Below are positions 41,115 through 52,941 of a stretch of 64,000 nucleotides of DNA, piece by piece; the stretch's first letter is position 1, and every line of letters begins with the position of its first letter. The position numbers and the translations under genes were made by a program. The stretch is taken from NCBI RefSeq assembly GCF_009914755.1, contig NC_060929.1. One strand, 5' to 3'. This stretch comes from the human T2T-CHM13v2.0 reference genome, Homo sapiens. The notes below the pieces were generated by a model. That model had not been told where the DNA came from and ran no database searches. It saw only the letters and a list, made by a program, of their open reading frames with translations.

Positions 41115-41290
41115 CTGTTTTCCCCAACATTATGAAAAACTTCGGACATAGAGAAAAAGGGAAAGAACTGTACGGTGAACACCCATATACTTGCCACCTA
41201 GATTCTACACTTAGCTCGCTTATCCCTGCCTTTTCAGGTATCTACCCGTAACTCCATTCGCCTTCCTTTTTGTGTGTGTCCGGGTGAGTT
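41115..41290 (-). mobile_element. L1MC-like 3' fragment between the two promoters
   Basis: ATTATGAAAAACTTC...GTACGGTGAACACCCATATAC...CCACCTAGATTCTAC resembles an antisense L1MC end. Confidence 0.5.
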
Positions 41291-42045
41291 GCAGACGTGG
41301 CTGCGTCCACTCCGCGCTCCCTGCAGGCCCCAACGCTTCATCGCAGCGCCCACTTTTTCCACCTGACCCGGCGAACACCGGGCGGGCCGCTGGAGTTTAT
41401 CAGCTCCAGGACAAATCTGCCTCTGACCACCACGTTTGCTGGGACATCTTTGGGACCGGAGGTTTTCATGTGCATTCTTGTTTCTCATGCCTTTCCTCCT
41501 CTTTATCATCTTCCCCGCCACTCATCCATCTCTAGTGTTTTGTTCTTGGAGTCACGTGGTCCTCAGGCTCTGACCACAGCAAAATAAAAGCTGGATGCTG
41601 GAGCTTAAGCTGGGATTTATACCCAAGTCAGCTCTAAGCAAAACGGGCCTTTTTAGAGGCTGTATTTGCATGCTGTAAAATCAGTCGGTGTACTAGGCTT
41701 TGTTGCAGAAATCCCCAATATACGTTTCCTCTGCGGCTCCCCATAACCACACACAGGAACGCTTGCCTTGAACGAGGAGAATGCACTTCCAGTCTCGTCT
41801 GCTAAGCAGTTGACTCCTTCACCCAATAATTTTGATATTTAAATGTCTCATGATTATCGGTTACCATAAGAATATAAACAATGTATTTTCAGTTTACATC
41901 CTCCCCTGCCTGTCCGCTAAATAAGAACCACTGGGTACTCCTAATCGCTGAAGGTTTCGCACACCATTGCCTGCCTCATCAGGGCCCTAGCTCTAGCCTG
42001 CGGCTGCAACTGCATGAGGCTGCACCTGCCGGCGCAACGGGGCCG

Positions 42046-42164
42046 CTTAACTTTTAGGCCATTGATGAAAAGTCAAACAAGCGCACAGTACTCGGTGTAA
42101 TCAGGGGCATTTTTAGCGAGATACCTGGGATGAAAACGGGTGACCACCTGAATCAGAGAGCAGC
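42046..42164 (+). repeat. Inverted repeat, left arm (119 bp)
   Basis: Reverse complement of 42997-43115 with 5 mismatches (42082, 42143, 42144, 42151, 42158). Confidence 0.97.
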
Positions 42165-42720
42165 TCCGGCGCACCCTCTGCCCCGACCCGCGCTCCCCCC
42201 GCCCCGGGGCGAAATAAATACCGGGTGTTTGGCGCCGCCAGAAGCCGTGCGCATGCGTTAGCGCTAAGCGGGACGTTGCGCCGGGTCAAAGGCCAGCGGC
42301 GCAAAATGGCGGCGGCGATGACCTTCTGCCGGCTGCTGAACCGGTGTGGCGAGGCGGCGCGGAGCCTGCCCCTGGGCGCCAGGTGTTTCGGGGTGCGGGT
42401 CTCGCCGACCGGGGAGAAGGTCACGCACACTGGCCAGGTAACGGCCGCTGGGTACAGGATGCCCCTTCCTCCAGCCGCACCTCGGGCGACTGGTGGCAGT
42501 GGGCTCGCCGGGCATCCGCGGCCCTGGTTCTGCGCCGGCAGCGCAGGTCGTGGTAAGGTTGTGCTGTCGCTCACGCGCCGGGGAGGACGCCCGCGAGTCG
42601 GGACGGTGGTGGCAGCCTGTAGCGGTGGGTCTCGTCCTTCCAGGGCCTGCGGGCTCTGGAACGGGAAGTCTCCCCAGCGGGCAGCACTTGCTGTGGACTG
42701 GCTGCCCATGGGCGATTTGT
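42165..42720 (+). promoter_or_regulatory. CpG-island promoter and first exon region of NDUFS6
   Basis: CpG-rich; NRF1-type TGCGCATGCG at 42248-57; YY1 motif CAAAATGGCGGC overlapping the ATG. Confidence 0.85.
42306..42437 (+). CDS. NDUFS6: NADH:ubiquinone oxidoreductase subunit S6, coding exon 1 (aa 1-44, includes the mitochondrial presequence)
   Basis: MAAAMTFCRLLNRCGEAARSLPLGARCFGVRVSPTGEKVTHTGQ; strong Kozak AAAATGG; donor CAG/GTAACG. Confidence 0.97.
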
Positions 42721-42996
42721 GGCAGCCGATTATTTGGGTCAGAACGTTTAGAATTTGTGTAATATTCAATAATAAATTTTAGTAACCTGAGAAGTCGGTT
42801 GTAGTCCAAGGCACAAAAAAGCCCTAAGCCAAAATGAAGAACAAAGGTACCTGTGTATACTGGAATGTGCCCTAGTAGATTTAATGGGGGGATAGTAAAG
42901 CTCTCAGGCCATATGCCAAAGAAGGTTGGGGGCGGTTCTCCTCGGTCAGGATTTGTCTCTCCTCCTTAGCTCCACCTTCCCGGGCTATGTCTCTGT

Positions 42997-43115
42997 GCTG
43001 CTTTCTGATCCAGGTGACCACCCGTTTTCATCCCAGGTATCTCGCTAAAAATGCCCCTGATTACACCGAGTACTGTGCACTTGTTTGACTTTTCATCAAT
43101 GGCCTAAAAGTTAAG
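42997..43115 (-). repeat. Inverted repeat, right arm (119 bp, in NDUFS6 intron 1)
   Basis: Reverse complement of 42046-42164. Confidence 0.97.
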
Positions 43116-43208
43116 AAAAACACTTTCCTGTAATATTTATGATTGATATGAAGTGACTTTCAGAATTAGGCCGTAAAAGTCACACATGGTCTTTTTGTTT
43201 TTTTCCAG

Positions 43209-43262
43209 GTTTATGATGATAAAGACTACAGGAGAATTCGGTTTGTAGGTCGTCAGAAAGAG
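43209..43262 (+). CDS. NDUFS6: NDUFS6 exon 2 (aa 45-62)
   Basis: TTTTCCAG acceptor; [18 protein letters not shown]; donor GAG/GTGAGT; phase 0. Confidence 0.97.
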
Positions 43263-44752
43263 GTGAGTAAAAAATCTAGTGAAGAGAGGTAAGCTTTCCT
43301 AAAACTTTTATGTAACCAACAAGAAATAAAAATTAATATATAAGATTTAAATAAATTTTCCCCATATTGCAAGCACCCTAACAGTTCTGGATGGGGTTCT
43401 TCCTTTCTTAAAATCTTAATTGTGTCTATTTCTGACTTGTTTCCCCCTGAAATACATAACATTGTAGCCGTAGTTCTGGTTTGCATATAAATGGAAGTGA
43501 TCTTTTTTAAAATTCTTGTCCCTTATTCTCCTGAGACTCTCAGATTTAAGTAAATCATATCAACTTTAAAAAAATTATTCTTTTAACCACCTGGAGGTGT
43601 GTTTTTTATAGTTTTCACCAAATAAATTAGTGTGTGTTTTTTACAGGGACTTACACTGACAAGCTGAAAATGGCACATGAGTTTTTCTTCCCTTAGTGGG
43701 TCTGTTAGCTCTATGCATTGTAAGGGAAGATCAGTTCAGGTGCCTGTGAGTGACCACTGGAGAAAGAATGTTGAAATTAGAATCCTTCTGCCTAAATCAG
43801 CCTATTTTTTTTTTTTTACCTGACTCCTTCTCTATCACTCATGTCAATGAGCTCCTGAATTCGTAATTAGATCAGGCATGCCTCCATGATTCCTGAATTT
43901 GCTTCCTGAAGGATGCTGTGAAGTGTCCTTCACAGCCACCTTATTCATTCTTTTTCCCACTTTGGTTAGCCTGGTGTTCTTCTTGTTAACACCGTAGCTA
44001 TCCCTAAATCATGTATTTTCCCTTCTCCTTCAATCTTGGTTACGTTATCCATTCCCAGTGTGTAGTTTTTGTACGTCTATTCCAGAGCTACAGGGCATTC
44101 TAGAAAAGCTCACATGATCATGAATTGACTATAAATTCACATTCTCAAAATTCAGCTGGTTCACTGTTGTGTGGTTTGATGGGTGGGTGTCAGAAAAGTT
44201 TGTTTTATAGTGGTTGATTATTTGGCAATGCCACTTGAGTGTTGGGTTGAGAAAGATCCTGAGGCCTGATGCACATTCAGTGGAAGAGTGTGCCATGATT
44301 GATTAGTGATGTCTACCAGGATCATGGTGGTGGAGAGGAGCTTGTGTCTGGTGGGTTTGCCTCTCGGAGTAGAAGCTGTGTGGACTTGCAGTCTAAAAAT
44401 TGTGAGGTTGAATCACAGCATGGGTTCAGTTTTCTCATTTGTGAAATGGAACCATGTGAATATTTTTAATTGAATCATAAGTCTCCAGTGATATCACACT
44501 GTCAGTTGTCGAGTAAGTGGTGCATAGGGTAAGTGCTCTTTCTCTCCATCCTCAGAAACCCTTTTCTGTTTGTTGTTTGAATTGTTAGTGTATTCCCAGT
44601 AGAAGCATCTGTTCCATGTGCCACATTCTCCAATGCTGTATCCCAGTGATTCACACAAAGGAGCTCATGGCATTGCGAATGGGACATTTCTTCCGTGTGC
44701 AGGCTGTCCTGGGCATTCTTGTTAGGTATATGAACTTGACATTTGGAAGGTG

Positions 44753-44955
44753 GAAACCGATGGATGTTGAAAGGATTTGCAGGCCCTTTGGTTTCTTTTG
44801 GCAGTGATCGTGGAGAAGGGGAGGTTTCTCCTAGTGTGGATGCGGTATGGTTTCTTTTAGTGGTGACCGTGGAGAAGGGGAGAAACCGATGGATGTGGGG
44901 AGGGTTCGCAGGCCCTTTGGTTTCTTTTGGCAGTGACCGTGGTGACGGAGGTTTT
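44753..44955. repeat. Compound tandem duplication (129-bp period, three copies of a ~33-bp core)
   Basis: GAAACCGATGGATGT at 44753 and 44882; a TGGTTTCTTTT...GTGACCGTGG-type core occurs three times. Confidence 0.85.
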
Positions 44956-45564
44956 CTGGGCATCGATGGGTGGTTGTTACTGAGGTAGTGGCTGGACTCT
45001 ACATCCTTGCTTTGTGGGTGTTATGGCACGGTCGTGGGGGCAAGGTAGGAGCCCCAGATTGAGCAGTTCTGGAGCAGATTGGTCCTGAAGCCCTTGGGCT
45101 CATTCATGCAATCTGGCTTCCAGCCCAGCTCCCTATCTCAGCTCTTGTAGTGACGAAGCAAGTATGTGGGTCCCTGTCACAAACGCCTCTCTGCTGAACA
45201 TTCTTTGTGTAGCTTCTGGTTTCTGGTTGGTGTAGCATAGGGTAGTGGGAAACAACTTAAACCAAACAGAATCAGGATTGGCGAAGCCAGTGAGGGGTGG
45301 GTACAGGATAGTGTGATAGTAGTGTCTGTGACCGGCAGCTCACCCAGGGCGTCCTGGTTGTGACCTCAACGCTCCAGCCGGCCTAGCCTCCAGTGCCTTC
45401 CCCCATTCAGCATCCTGAGTGTCCAGGGCACGTCTTGGCCTCACACCTTGGAGGTTCAAGGCATGTTGATAACATGATGAGTGGGCATCCTGCCCAAGCT
45501 TTCCTTCTTTCAACACAAATTTGGTGTTTAGTACTATTTTTAGTAGTAGTTGTTTGGCTTCTGA

Positions 45565-45910
45565 GAGACTTAATTTTTTGGAACACTTTTAGATTTACAG
45601 AAAAACTGAAGAAAGTAGGGTTTTCACAGCCCCCCAGCTCAGTTTCTGCTGTTTACTGCCATCTCTCATTAGTGTGCTGCCTGTGTCACAGTTGATGAGC
45701 TGATACTCATACATTATTACTAACTCAAGTCCACAGGTTCACTCTTAATGTTGTATGTTCTAGGGTTTGGATAGATGTGTAATGACATGTATTCACTGTG
45801 ACAGTGTTGTACCGAGTTCACTGCCCTAAAAATCCTCTGTGCTCTGCCTGTTCATCCCTCCCTCTGCCCAACCCCTGGCAGCCCCTGATCGTACTGTCCT
45901 CTAGTTTTGT
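45565..45910 (-). mobile_element. L1MC-like 3' end
   Basis: TTTTAGATTTACAGAAAAACTGA...ACATTATTACTAACTCAAGTCCA...TTCACTGCCCTAAAAATCCTCTGTGCTC. Confidence 0.75.
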
Positions 45911-45936
45911 CAAGTAATACTTTAAGAAGTAAACTG

Positions 45937-46238
45937 GGCCAGGCACAGTAGGCTTATGCCTGTCATCCCAACACTTCGGGAGGCCAAGGTGGGCTGATCA
46001 CTTGAGCCCAGGCGTTCAAGACCAGCCTGGGCAATATGGTGAAACCCTGTGTCTACAAAAAATATAAAAATTAGCCTAGCATGGTGGCACATGCCTGTAG
46101 CTCAAGCAACGTGGGAGGCTGAGGTGGGAGGGTCATTGAGTCTGGGAGGTTGAGGCTGCAGGGAGCTGAGATCATGCCATTGTACTCCAGCCTGGGCAAC
46201 AGAGCAAGACTCTATCTCCAGAAAAAAAAGAAAAAAAT
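45937..46238 (+). mobile_element. AluJ-like
   Basis: Full dimer with TAAACTG duplicated on both flanks. Confidence 0.93.
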
Positions 46239-47537
46239 AAACTGAATCTGAACTTCACCTGTAGAACAAGCATAGCAGGAAGCTAGATAATTGAGCTGGT
46301 CTTTGCAGAAAAACAGTGGAAAGTATCTCTGTGTGGCTCCTGCCCAGCTTTGACCGGGGGTACCTTCAAAGGAATCCATGGCCCCTGGGCCTGTGACGGG
46401 CCTGCCTGTGAGGAGACTCCTCACGTGCTAAAGAATGTGCCAGCCACCCCCAGCCAGAAGTCAGGCCTCACATGGTCCTGGAGCAGGTGGCACTCTGGGG
46501 CCACATAAGTCAGATGGGGGACTGGAACAAACTTGGAAGTGACCAGGTATTTCTCTGCTGTTGATGGAAATATTTTCATTGCTTTATAGTCGTACAAGTA
46601 AAATTAAAAGCAGATATGACTTGTCCCCTAATAGAAGGGATGACTGGGGGAGGTCTGCAGTGAGGTGTGGTAATAATAACAGCAATAACAACAGCCTGGT
46701 AGCCAGGTACTTGGCGACATCATTTGCTTTTTTGGTTAGTAGCTGGGGCTGCCCTGCCTGGCCGCATCCGGATTCAGGCTCCTGCGCTGATGGGCTTATG
46801 AGGGCTGTGTGCTTCAGTGACTTAGCTTGTAGGCTCGTGGGCACTGAGTCCGTGTAGATGAGGAAAGGCTTGGAGCAGCGCCTGTCCCAGGGAAGCCTCT
46901 AGTGTGTGTTCGCCTTACTCTGCTGCTGCCTTCGCCACCACCATGAGGGCAGGCTTCACTTTTAGATTTTTTTAAAATACTGAAGTTAAACGTTAGTGTC
47001 TATACACAAGGTCTTTACTTTTAGTTTTTGAAAAGAAGGAATTAGGCAGCAAACCCGGAACATCAGGAGGCTGGGATCCCTTGAGTGCGACTCTGTGCCA
47101 CCCCTCTCCACCTGTGTGTGTCAGGATCACGGAACAGCTGGGGGCTTCAGCTTGTGCCTTCATCTGCCCGCCAGTGGGATGGATTCTCTCCTCAGATGCT
47201 CGGCAGGGCGGAGTCACTCCCTGACCCGCACAGCCCACAGCTGGGCGTTTGGGTCAGCGAGATTCTGCACGTTTTCTGAGACACCTAGGCTGGCAGGGTT
47301 GAGTCCAGTTGTGACCCTGTGGCCTCACCTGCCTGGCCCTCAGTTCTTCAGTAGCAGACTTCAAGGTGCGTGGTGCCACCAGGATTAGGAGCAGTTGCAC
47401 GTGGTGCAAATGTCTACCTGGCGTGCTGTTTTGTTGCGATAATGTGAAGTTTTATCCTTCTGAGAAGAGTGTGTAGATTTCGTTAATGGAAATAATTGAG
47501 TAGTGCTCACGAGAGAGGAAAACTACCAAGACCCTCC

Positions 47538-48370
47538 AAACAGAAAACAAGCGTGGGTGACGGCGTGGAGCAACTGAAACTTTGTGCCTTGCTGCTGGGA
47601 ATGTAAAATGGCACAGCCGTGAAGGAAAACAGCGTGTGGGTTCCTCAAAAAGTTGAAACTAGGACTTCCATCCAATCCAGCGGTTCCACTTCTGAGCGTG
47701 TGCCCAAAAGAACTGAAAGCGGGGTCCGGGGTACACTCGTGTCATAGCAGCATTATTCATTATAACTCAAATCTGGAAGCAGTTTGGGGGTCCATTGTCA
47801 GCTGAACGGATAAGCAAAATGTGATCTGTCCATGGACAGTGGAATATTATTCAGCCTTAAGGAAGAATGCTTGACACGCCCCACAACACGGATAAGCCTG
47901 GAGGACGTTGCGCTCAGTGAAGTGAGCCAGTCACAGAAGCAGACTGCGTGATTCCTCTAACACGAGGGACCAGAACAGTCGCTTCTTAGAAGTACTGTAT
48001 GAGGTACTCAGAGGTACTGCGTGAGGTACTCAGAGGTACTGCGTGAGGTACTCAGAGGTACTGCGTGAGGTACTCAGAGGTACTGCGTGAGGTACTCAGA
48101 GGTACTGTGTGAACACTGTGTGATTCCTCTGATACGGGGGACCAGAACAGTCGCTTCTTAGAGGTAGCAAGTAGTTGGTGGTTGCCGGGGGCGGGGGGTG
48201 AATGTGGAGTTAGTGTTGAATGGAAATGGAGTTTCAGTTTACGAAGGTGGAAGGTTCTGGAGATGGGTGGTAGTGATGGTTGCACAATAATGTGAATATA
48301 CGTGGTGTCCTTAGAAATGGTAAAGATGGCAAGTTTTATGTTATGTGTATTTTACCACAATTAAAAAAAA
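47538..48370 (+). mobile_element. L1MB-like 3' end containing an internal minisatellite
   Basis: TGCTGCTGGGAATGTAAAATGGCACAGCC...GGAATATTATTCAGCCTTAA...TTTTATGTTATGTGTATTTTACCACAATTAAAAAAAAA. Confidence 0.85.
47988..48112. repeat. 22-bp tandem repeat AGAGGTACTGCGTGAGGTACTC, ~5.5 copies
   Basis: Directly visible; flanked by a ~52-bp direct duplication. Confidence 0.93.
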
Positions 48371-50280
48371 ATTAAGAGGGAAGTGGCTTCAGGCCCACGC
48401 AGGAATTGACCAGAGGTTCCTCCCTGAGGCTTCTGTGGCTGGTGTCGCTCATTCTTATTTCTCCCAAGAGGCCGGCAGAGCAGGGCACACTCGGGTGGGG
48501 AAGCAAGTGAGGCTGAGGCTGGGCCCACGCGGCACCTCCAGAGGCTCTGCACACCCGTGGTGGTAACTTGTGTTATCACCCAGGACAAGCGCACTCCTCG
48601 GATCAGCAGTGGAAGAAACTTGTGACATCTTTCGTCTACATTGAGCCATCTCTTGAGGCCAGCGCAGCACCACCCGAACCATGTTGGCTCTCGTGCGTGC
48701 ACACACACGCTGTTGGTCACAGGAGGGATGCCACCAGAGAGCTGAGAGGGAGTGCTGAGGTACCCAGGGGTCAGTAGCTGCAGGAAGCAGCCACTATTCC
48801 TAGGACTTGGGGGGCAGGAGGAAGAGGTGGCGTCACCAGGAGGGAGCTGTGAAAGTGCCCTTGTGGTGCCGCTGGAGCTCCAGGTGGGAGACAGGACTGG
48901 GAGTCGGGGATGGGTGCTAGGGTGAGGCCCCCAGCCAGACAGTGGTGGCTGAGAAGGTCCTCCGTGAGAGGAAGATTGAATTGAGGGGCCTCGGAATTCC
49001 ACCCTCCGCCTTTGCAGGTCATCTGGTTGGTGGCAGAGGTGGAGCTCTGTGCTTGCTTCCAGGTTCATCCTTAGAGGGTTTAAGAGGGGAGGTTTGCCTG
49101 AGTCTCTCTTGTCTTGAAGCAACCTGGGCGTCCTTTAGGGGGTGTTTGAGACGCGGGCGGTGCGATGTGCGCCATGGCTGCTCTCCAGAGCTTTTGTGTG
49201 GCTTCCCGCTTCTGCATGCTCCTCCTCCTGAGCTTCCCTCCCAAATACGCCATCTTTATAGTGGAGTGAAGGCAATCGGATTTTAAAAGAAATCTTCTGG
49301 ATGGATAAGAACCGTGGGTCTTTGCTTCCTTTAGAAAGGCTTGGACTGTCAGAAATAATGGTTATAAAGTGAGGTTTATTTATCCCAGGACCCAGAGGAA
49401 AATAGTTGGAACTGTGAATTCATGAGCCCCAGGTTCACATGCTGGTGGCTTTGTTTGTGAGCTGGCGAGATGGGCTTTATTTCCTCCCTCATGCAGCTCC
49501 CCAGCTTCGTCTTTGCTTCTCTATTGTGTCTTTGTGTCTTGTGGTTCTTTCTCTTCCAAGGCACTGGCAAAATTAGTCACTGGATTCCAACATTCTCAAA
49601 GCAAGTTTGAACATGTTGTACAGACAGCTCAATTGTGGTTTTTAGAGCATTTTCTATGAAGTTACTTAGTTTAAAAATTAATTTGAATGAAAACTTCAGT
49701 TTTGCCTGTGATTTAAGAATTATATACTTATATAGACATGTATACACACGTTTAGCTTAAATAATTATTGGCGTTCATGTTCAGAATGCCTGATGTTCTA
49801 AATAATTGAACTGAGCTTTTACTTTATTTTAAACTTTTATTTTAAATGTCCATGAATGGGGTCGGTATTCTACAGTGTCGATGATCCAGCTGGTGGACTT
49901 TTCCCTTCTGCGTTGGTTTTGATGCTGTGTCACAGAATCACATATTTTATGTTTTATCTTTAATAGATGTAATCTCAGTTTGACACAATAGGACTTTGAC
50001 TCCTAAAGATTTAAACCTACATATTTTTATGCCCAATCATTTGATCATCAAGAGGTCAATGGAAAGAGTGTTTCCTATTTTTTACATTAGTGACGGGCGA
50101 GGGACTCATTTTACAGTGGTTGGACACTTCACTGTGTATGATGTGCCGTGTGCTTAACAAGAGATGGCGTGCGGGCTGCTGTGACGGTTCTCCCTTGATT
50201 CCCTCGTGAAGTGCAGCAGCGCTCTTCAGTTTTTCTCACCTTTCCCCAGGTGAAAGCAGGTGAGAATGGAGCCTTGAGTC

Positions 50281-50387
50281 TGAACCCAGAGCGGGGCTTT
50301 GTGTTGTGGCTGGGTGTGTTCACTGCCGGAGCTTGGCCGTGTGAACCCGGAGCCGGGCTCTGTGTCGTGGCTGGGTGTGTTCACTGC
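50281..50387. repeat. Tandem duplication, 61-bp period
   Basis: TGAACCC.GAGC.GGGCT.TGTGT.GTGGCTGGGTGTGTTCACTGC occurs twice. Confidence 0.85.
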
Positions 50388-51600
50388 TGGTTCTTTGTAT
50401 TCCTGCGGTTGCACTGAGCTCCTGGAGCCAGACGTTTGCTGGTGATGGGCGGTCAGGGTCACCCTTGAGCCGCGCACACTAAATGACGGGAGGGCATCCC
50501 GCGTCAGTCACCAGTGTCGAGGCGTCAGCAGCCCTCCCTGCAGGGAGGTGGCCGGTCTCTTTGACTGCCGTGATCGGGGCCTGGCAGTTTGTTAGTGCGG
50601 CCTTTGTGACACGTTGTCACTTAGGCAGACACCATATTATTTACACCATAAGGCTTAATTTGTATGGTTAGTTGCATCGCCTGCAGCAGGGGTGAGCAGA
50701 ACATCGCTCACTCCAGAGCCCTCTGTAAGGCGCTGCGACAAGGCGAGCCGCCGGGCCGGCAGCAGAGGCTTGTGTTGCTGGAGCGTGTGGAACAACCTGG
50801 GCGGCGCCACACGGCTCAGGCCTCTGCTTTAATGTGGCTTCATTTTCCACTAACTTCCTACTGTGTTTCTGGAAATAGATCTTCAAGGAAAAGCTTTACA
50901 CAATGGTCATCTGTAACTGACAGAACCTCTTGAAAAATAAACCTTTCCGAAACATATCTGTGAGGGAGAGTGGTGCCCTGCCTCCCACTGCGTGTGTGTT
51001 CTCTGTGACTGTGTGGCATTGAATGGGCCTCTAGTCTCCAGAAATGAGTGACTTTGTGATGAGCCCTGTTGCTGCTTCCACTCTGGGGCGGGGACGCTGT
51101 AGAAGGAGCACAAAGTTTCAGGCTGTGCCATTAAGCAGGGGAACCCCAGGAGCAACATCCGAGGCAGAGGGTTGTGTCATGCTTGGCGGGGCTGGCCCTC
51201 CAGGAGGGGACATGCAGGTAGACCCACATCCCTGGGCTTAGAGGCCTGCTGGGGGTGTAGAGTTGAGTTCCTTCCCTCTACATGCACAGATGCCGGCGCT
51301 CTACTTCCCATAGCTTCCCGGTTCTTCGTGCCTTGTCTTCCTGGCACTTAATCGTTGACTGTTCCCAGGGGCAGCTGAAAGGGGCTGGCTCATTACAGAG
51401 TCAGAGGAAATCAAGGCATGTCCCCTTTCCAAGTTCCCAAATTTGCCATCGTGAGCATCATCAAATACATTATTTGCCAAGCCAGGATGTTTTAATTGCT
51501 TTTTAAAAAACATAAATTCTGTGAAACAGAGGGAATAGTCTAATGATTCCCTTTTCCCATGTATCCAGGCAGTCAGTTTCAACAATTACCAACCGAAGTA

Positions 51601-51710
51601 GTTGTCGGAGGGGCCAGTCTGGCTCAGCTCCTCTAATGGTTGTCGGAGTGGCCAGTCCGGCTCAGCTCTGCTAATCGTTGTCGGAGTGGCCAGTCTGGCT
51701 CAGCTCTGCT
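51601..51710. repeat. 38-bp tandem repeat, ~3 copies
   Basis: GTTGTCGGAG.GGCCAGTC.GGCTCAGCTC at 51601, 51639 and 51677. Confidence 0.9.
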
Positions 51711-51797
51711 CTGCCTCTCCCCCGGCCCCCCAGCCCCTGGTAATGTTGATGTGAATCTTTGACATCATGTTACTGAGTCTAAATTTATCTGTATGTA

Positions 51798-52225
51798 AGT
51801 TGACCCTTGAACAACATAGGTGTGAACTGTGAGTCCACTTAAGTGGCTTCTCTTTCGCCTCTGCCACCCCTGAGACAGCAGGACCAACCCTCCCTTCCTC
51901 CTCCTCAGCCTGCTCTACGTGAAGATGATGAGGATGAAGACCTTTATGACGATCCACTTCCACTTAATGAAAAGTCAGTTCATTTTCTCTTCCTTGTGAT
52001 TTCCTTCATTGCATTTTCTTCCTCTAGCTTACTTTATTATAAGAATCCAATATATAATACTTGTAACATGCAAAATATATGTTAATCGACCATTTATGTT
52101 ATTGGCAAACATTCTGGTCAGCATCAGGCTATGAGTAAATTGTGGGGGAGTCAAAAATAATATGCAGATTTTCAATTGTGTTGGGGGTGGTTCCCCCAAC
52201 CCCTGAGTTGTTCAAGGATTAACTG
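51798..52225. mobile_element. Tigger2a/MER28-like TcMar DNA transposon
   Basis: Terminal inverted repeats AGTTGACCCTTGAACAAC ... GTTGTTCAAGGATTAACT, flanked by TA; ~430 bp. Confidence 0.85.
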
Positions 52226-52239
52226 TACCTTCAAAAGAT

Positions 52240-52935
52240 ACTAACATTCAGATCTTACAGGGAAGTAAAAAAAAACCAAAATAACAAAATATATTAACAT
52301 GACAACAATATAATTATCACACCTTAAAAATTATACTTTCTTTAAGTTAAATATCTAAGTGGTGTTAAATATTCTTGATCATGCATGTTTTTAAAAATGT
52401 TACAGTGTGACTCCGAGCCCAGGTAAGTTCCTACATGCAGCTGTTGGTGTCTCTTATGTCTCTTTTAATCTGTAGGTTCCCATCGGTCTCCCACTCTCTT
52501 TCTCATTGGAGAATTTTATTTGTTAAAGAACCTGGGTCATTTCCTCTGTAGAGTCACCCACAGCTGGATTCTACTGACCGCATCACTGTAGTGTTGTTGA
52601 ACATGTCTCTTGTCTCTGCATGTTTTGAAATTAGTTGGATCTCAAGACTTGATCAGATTGAGGGTCAGTGTTTTGTTCCTGGTGAGACTGCTACATAGGT
52701 GATGTATCCGTCCATCAGGAGGCACATAATATAATTGGTTCTGGTTGTAGTAAGAGACTTTGATCATTGTCTCTTACATCTGTGATTTCATAAGGGGTTG
52801 TAAAATGATATTATCCATCTTATTAGGTTGAATACTTATATCAAAAGAAACCTTGGTGCTGAGGTAAAGTTTCTGTAGGAAAATCAGAAGAAATACTTGA
52901 TTCTTTCCCTATATTTACCAGTCTTTAATGGGTTG
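52240..52935 (-). mobile_element. Old L1M fragment
   Basis: TCTCTTTTAATCTGTAGGTTCC...TCCATCAGGAGGCACATAAT...AAATACTTGATTCTTTCCCT resembles antisense L1MC. Confidence 0.55.
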
Positions 52936-52941
52936 ATTCTC

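Noticed and set aside
42225-42305. N-terminal extension of NDUFS6 from an upstream GTG
   Set aside because: It lies in the promoter motif region, and the ATG at 42306 has a strong Kozak context and begins the presequence.
42046-43115. Inverted repeat as piggyBac-like terminal repeats (both outer ends contain TTAA)
   Set aside because: The ends lack the CC start typical of piggyBac, there is no transposase remnant, and the interior is a conserved host exon.
47988-48112. CRISPR-like appearance of this and other regular repeats (8868, 9846, 51601)
   Set aside because: They are head-to-tail tandem units without unique spacers, in human DNA with no cas genes.
48360-48370. Intronic ATTAAA as an alternative NDUFS6 poly(A) site
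   Set aside because: It is the decayed L1 tail, and the adjacent A-run would also cause internal-priming artefacts.
51843-52085. ORF with the acidic stretch EDDEDEDLYDDPLP
   Set aside because: It lies inside the Tigger2a-like relic and is not a host exon.
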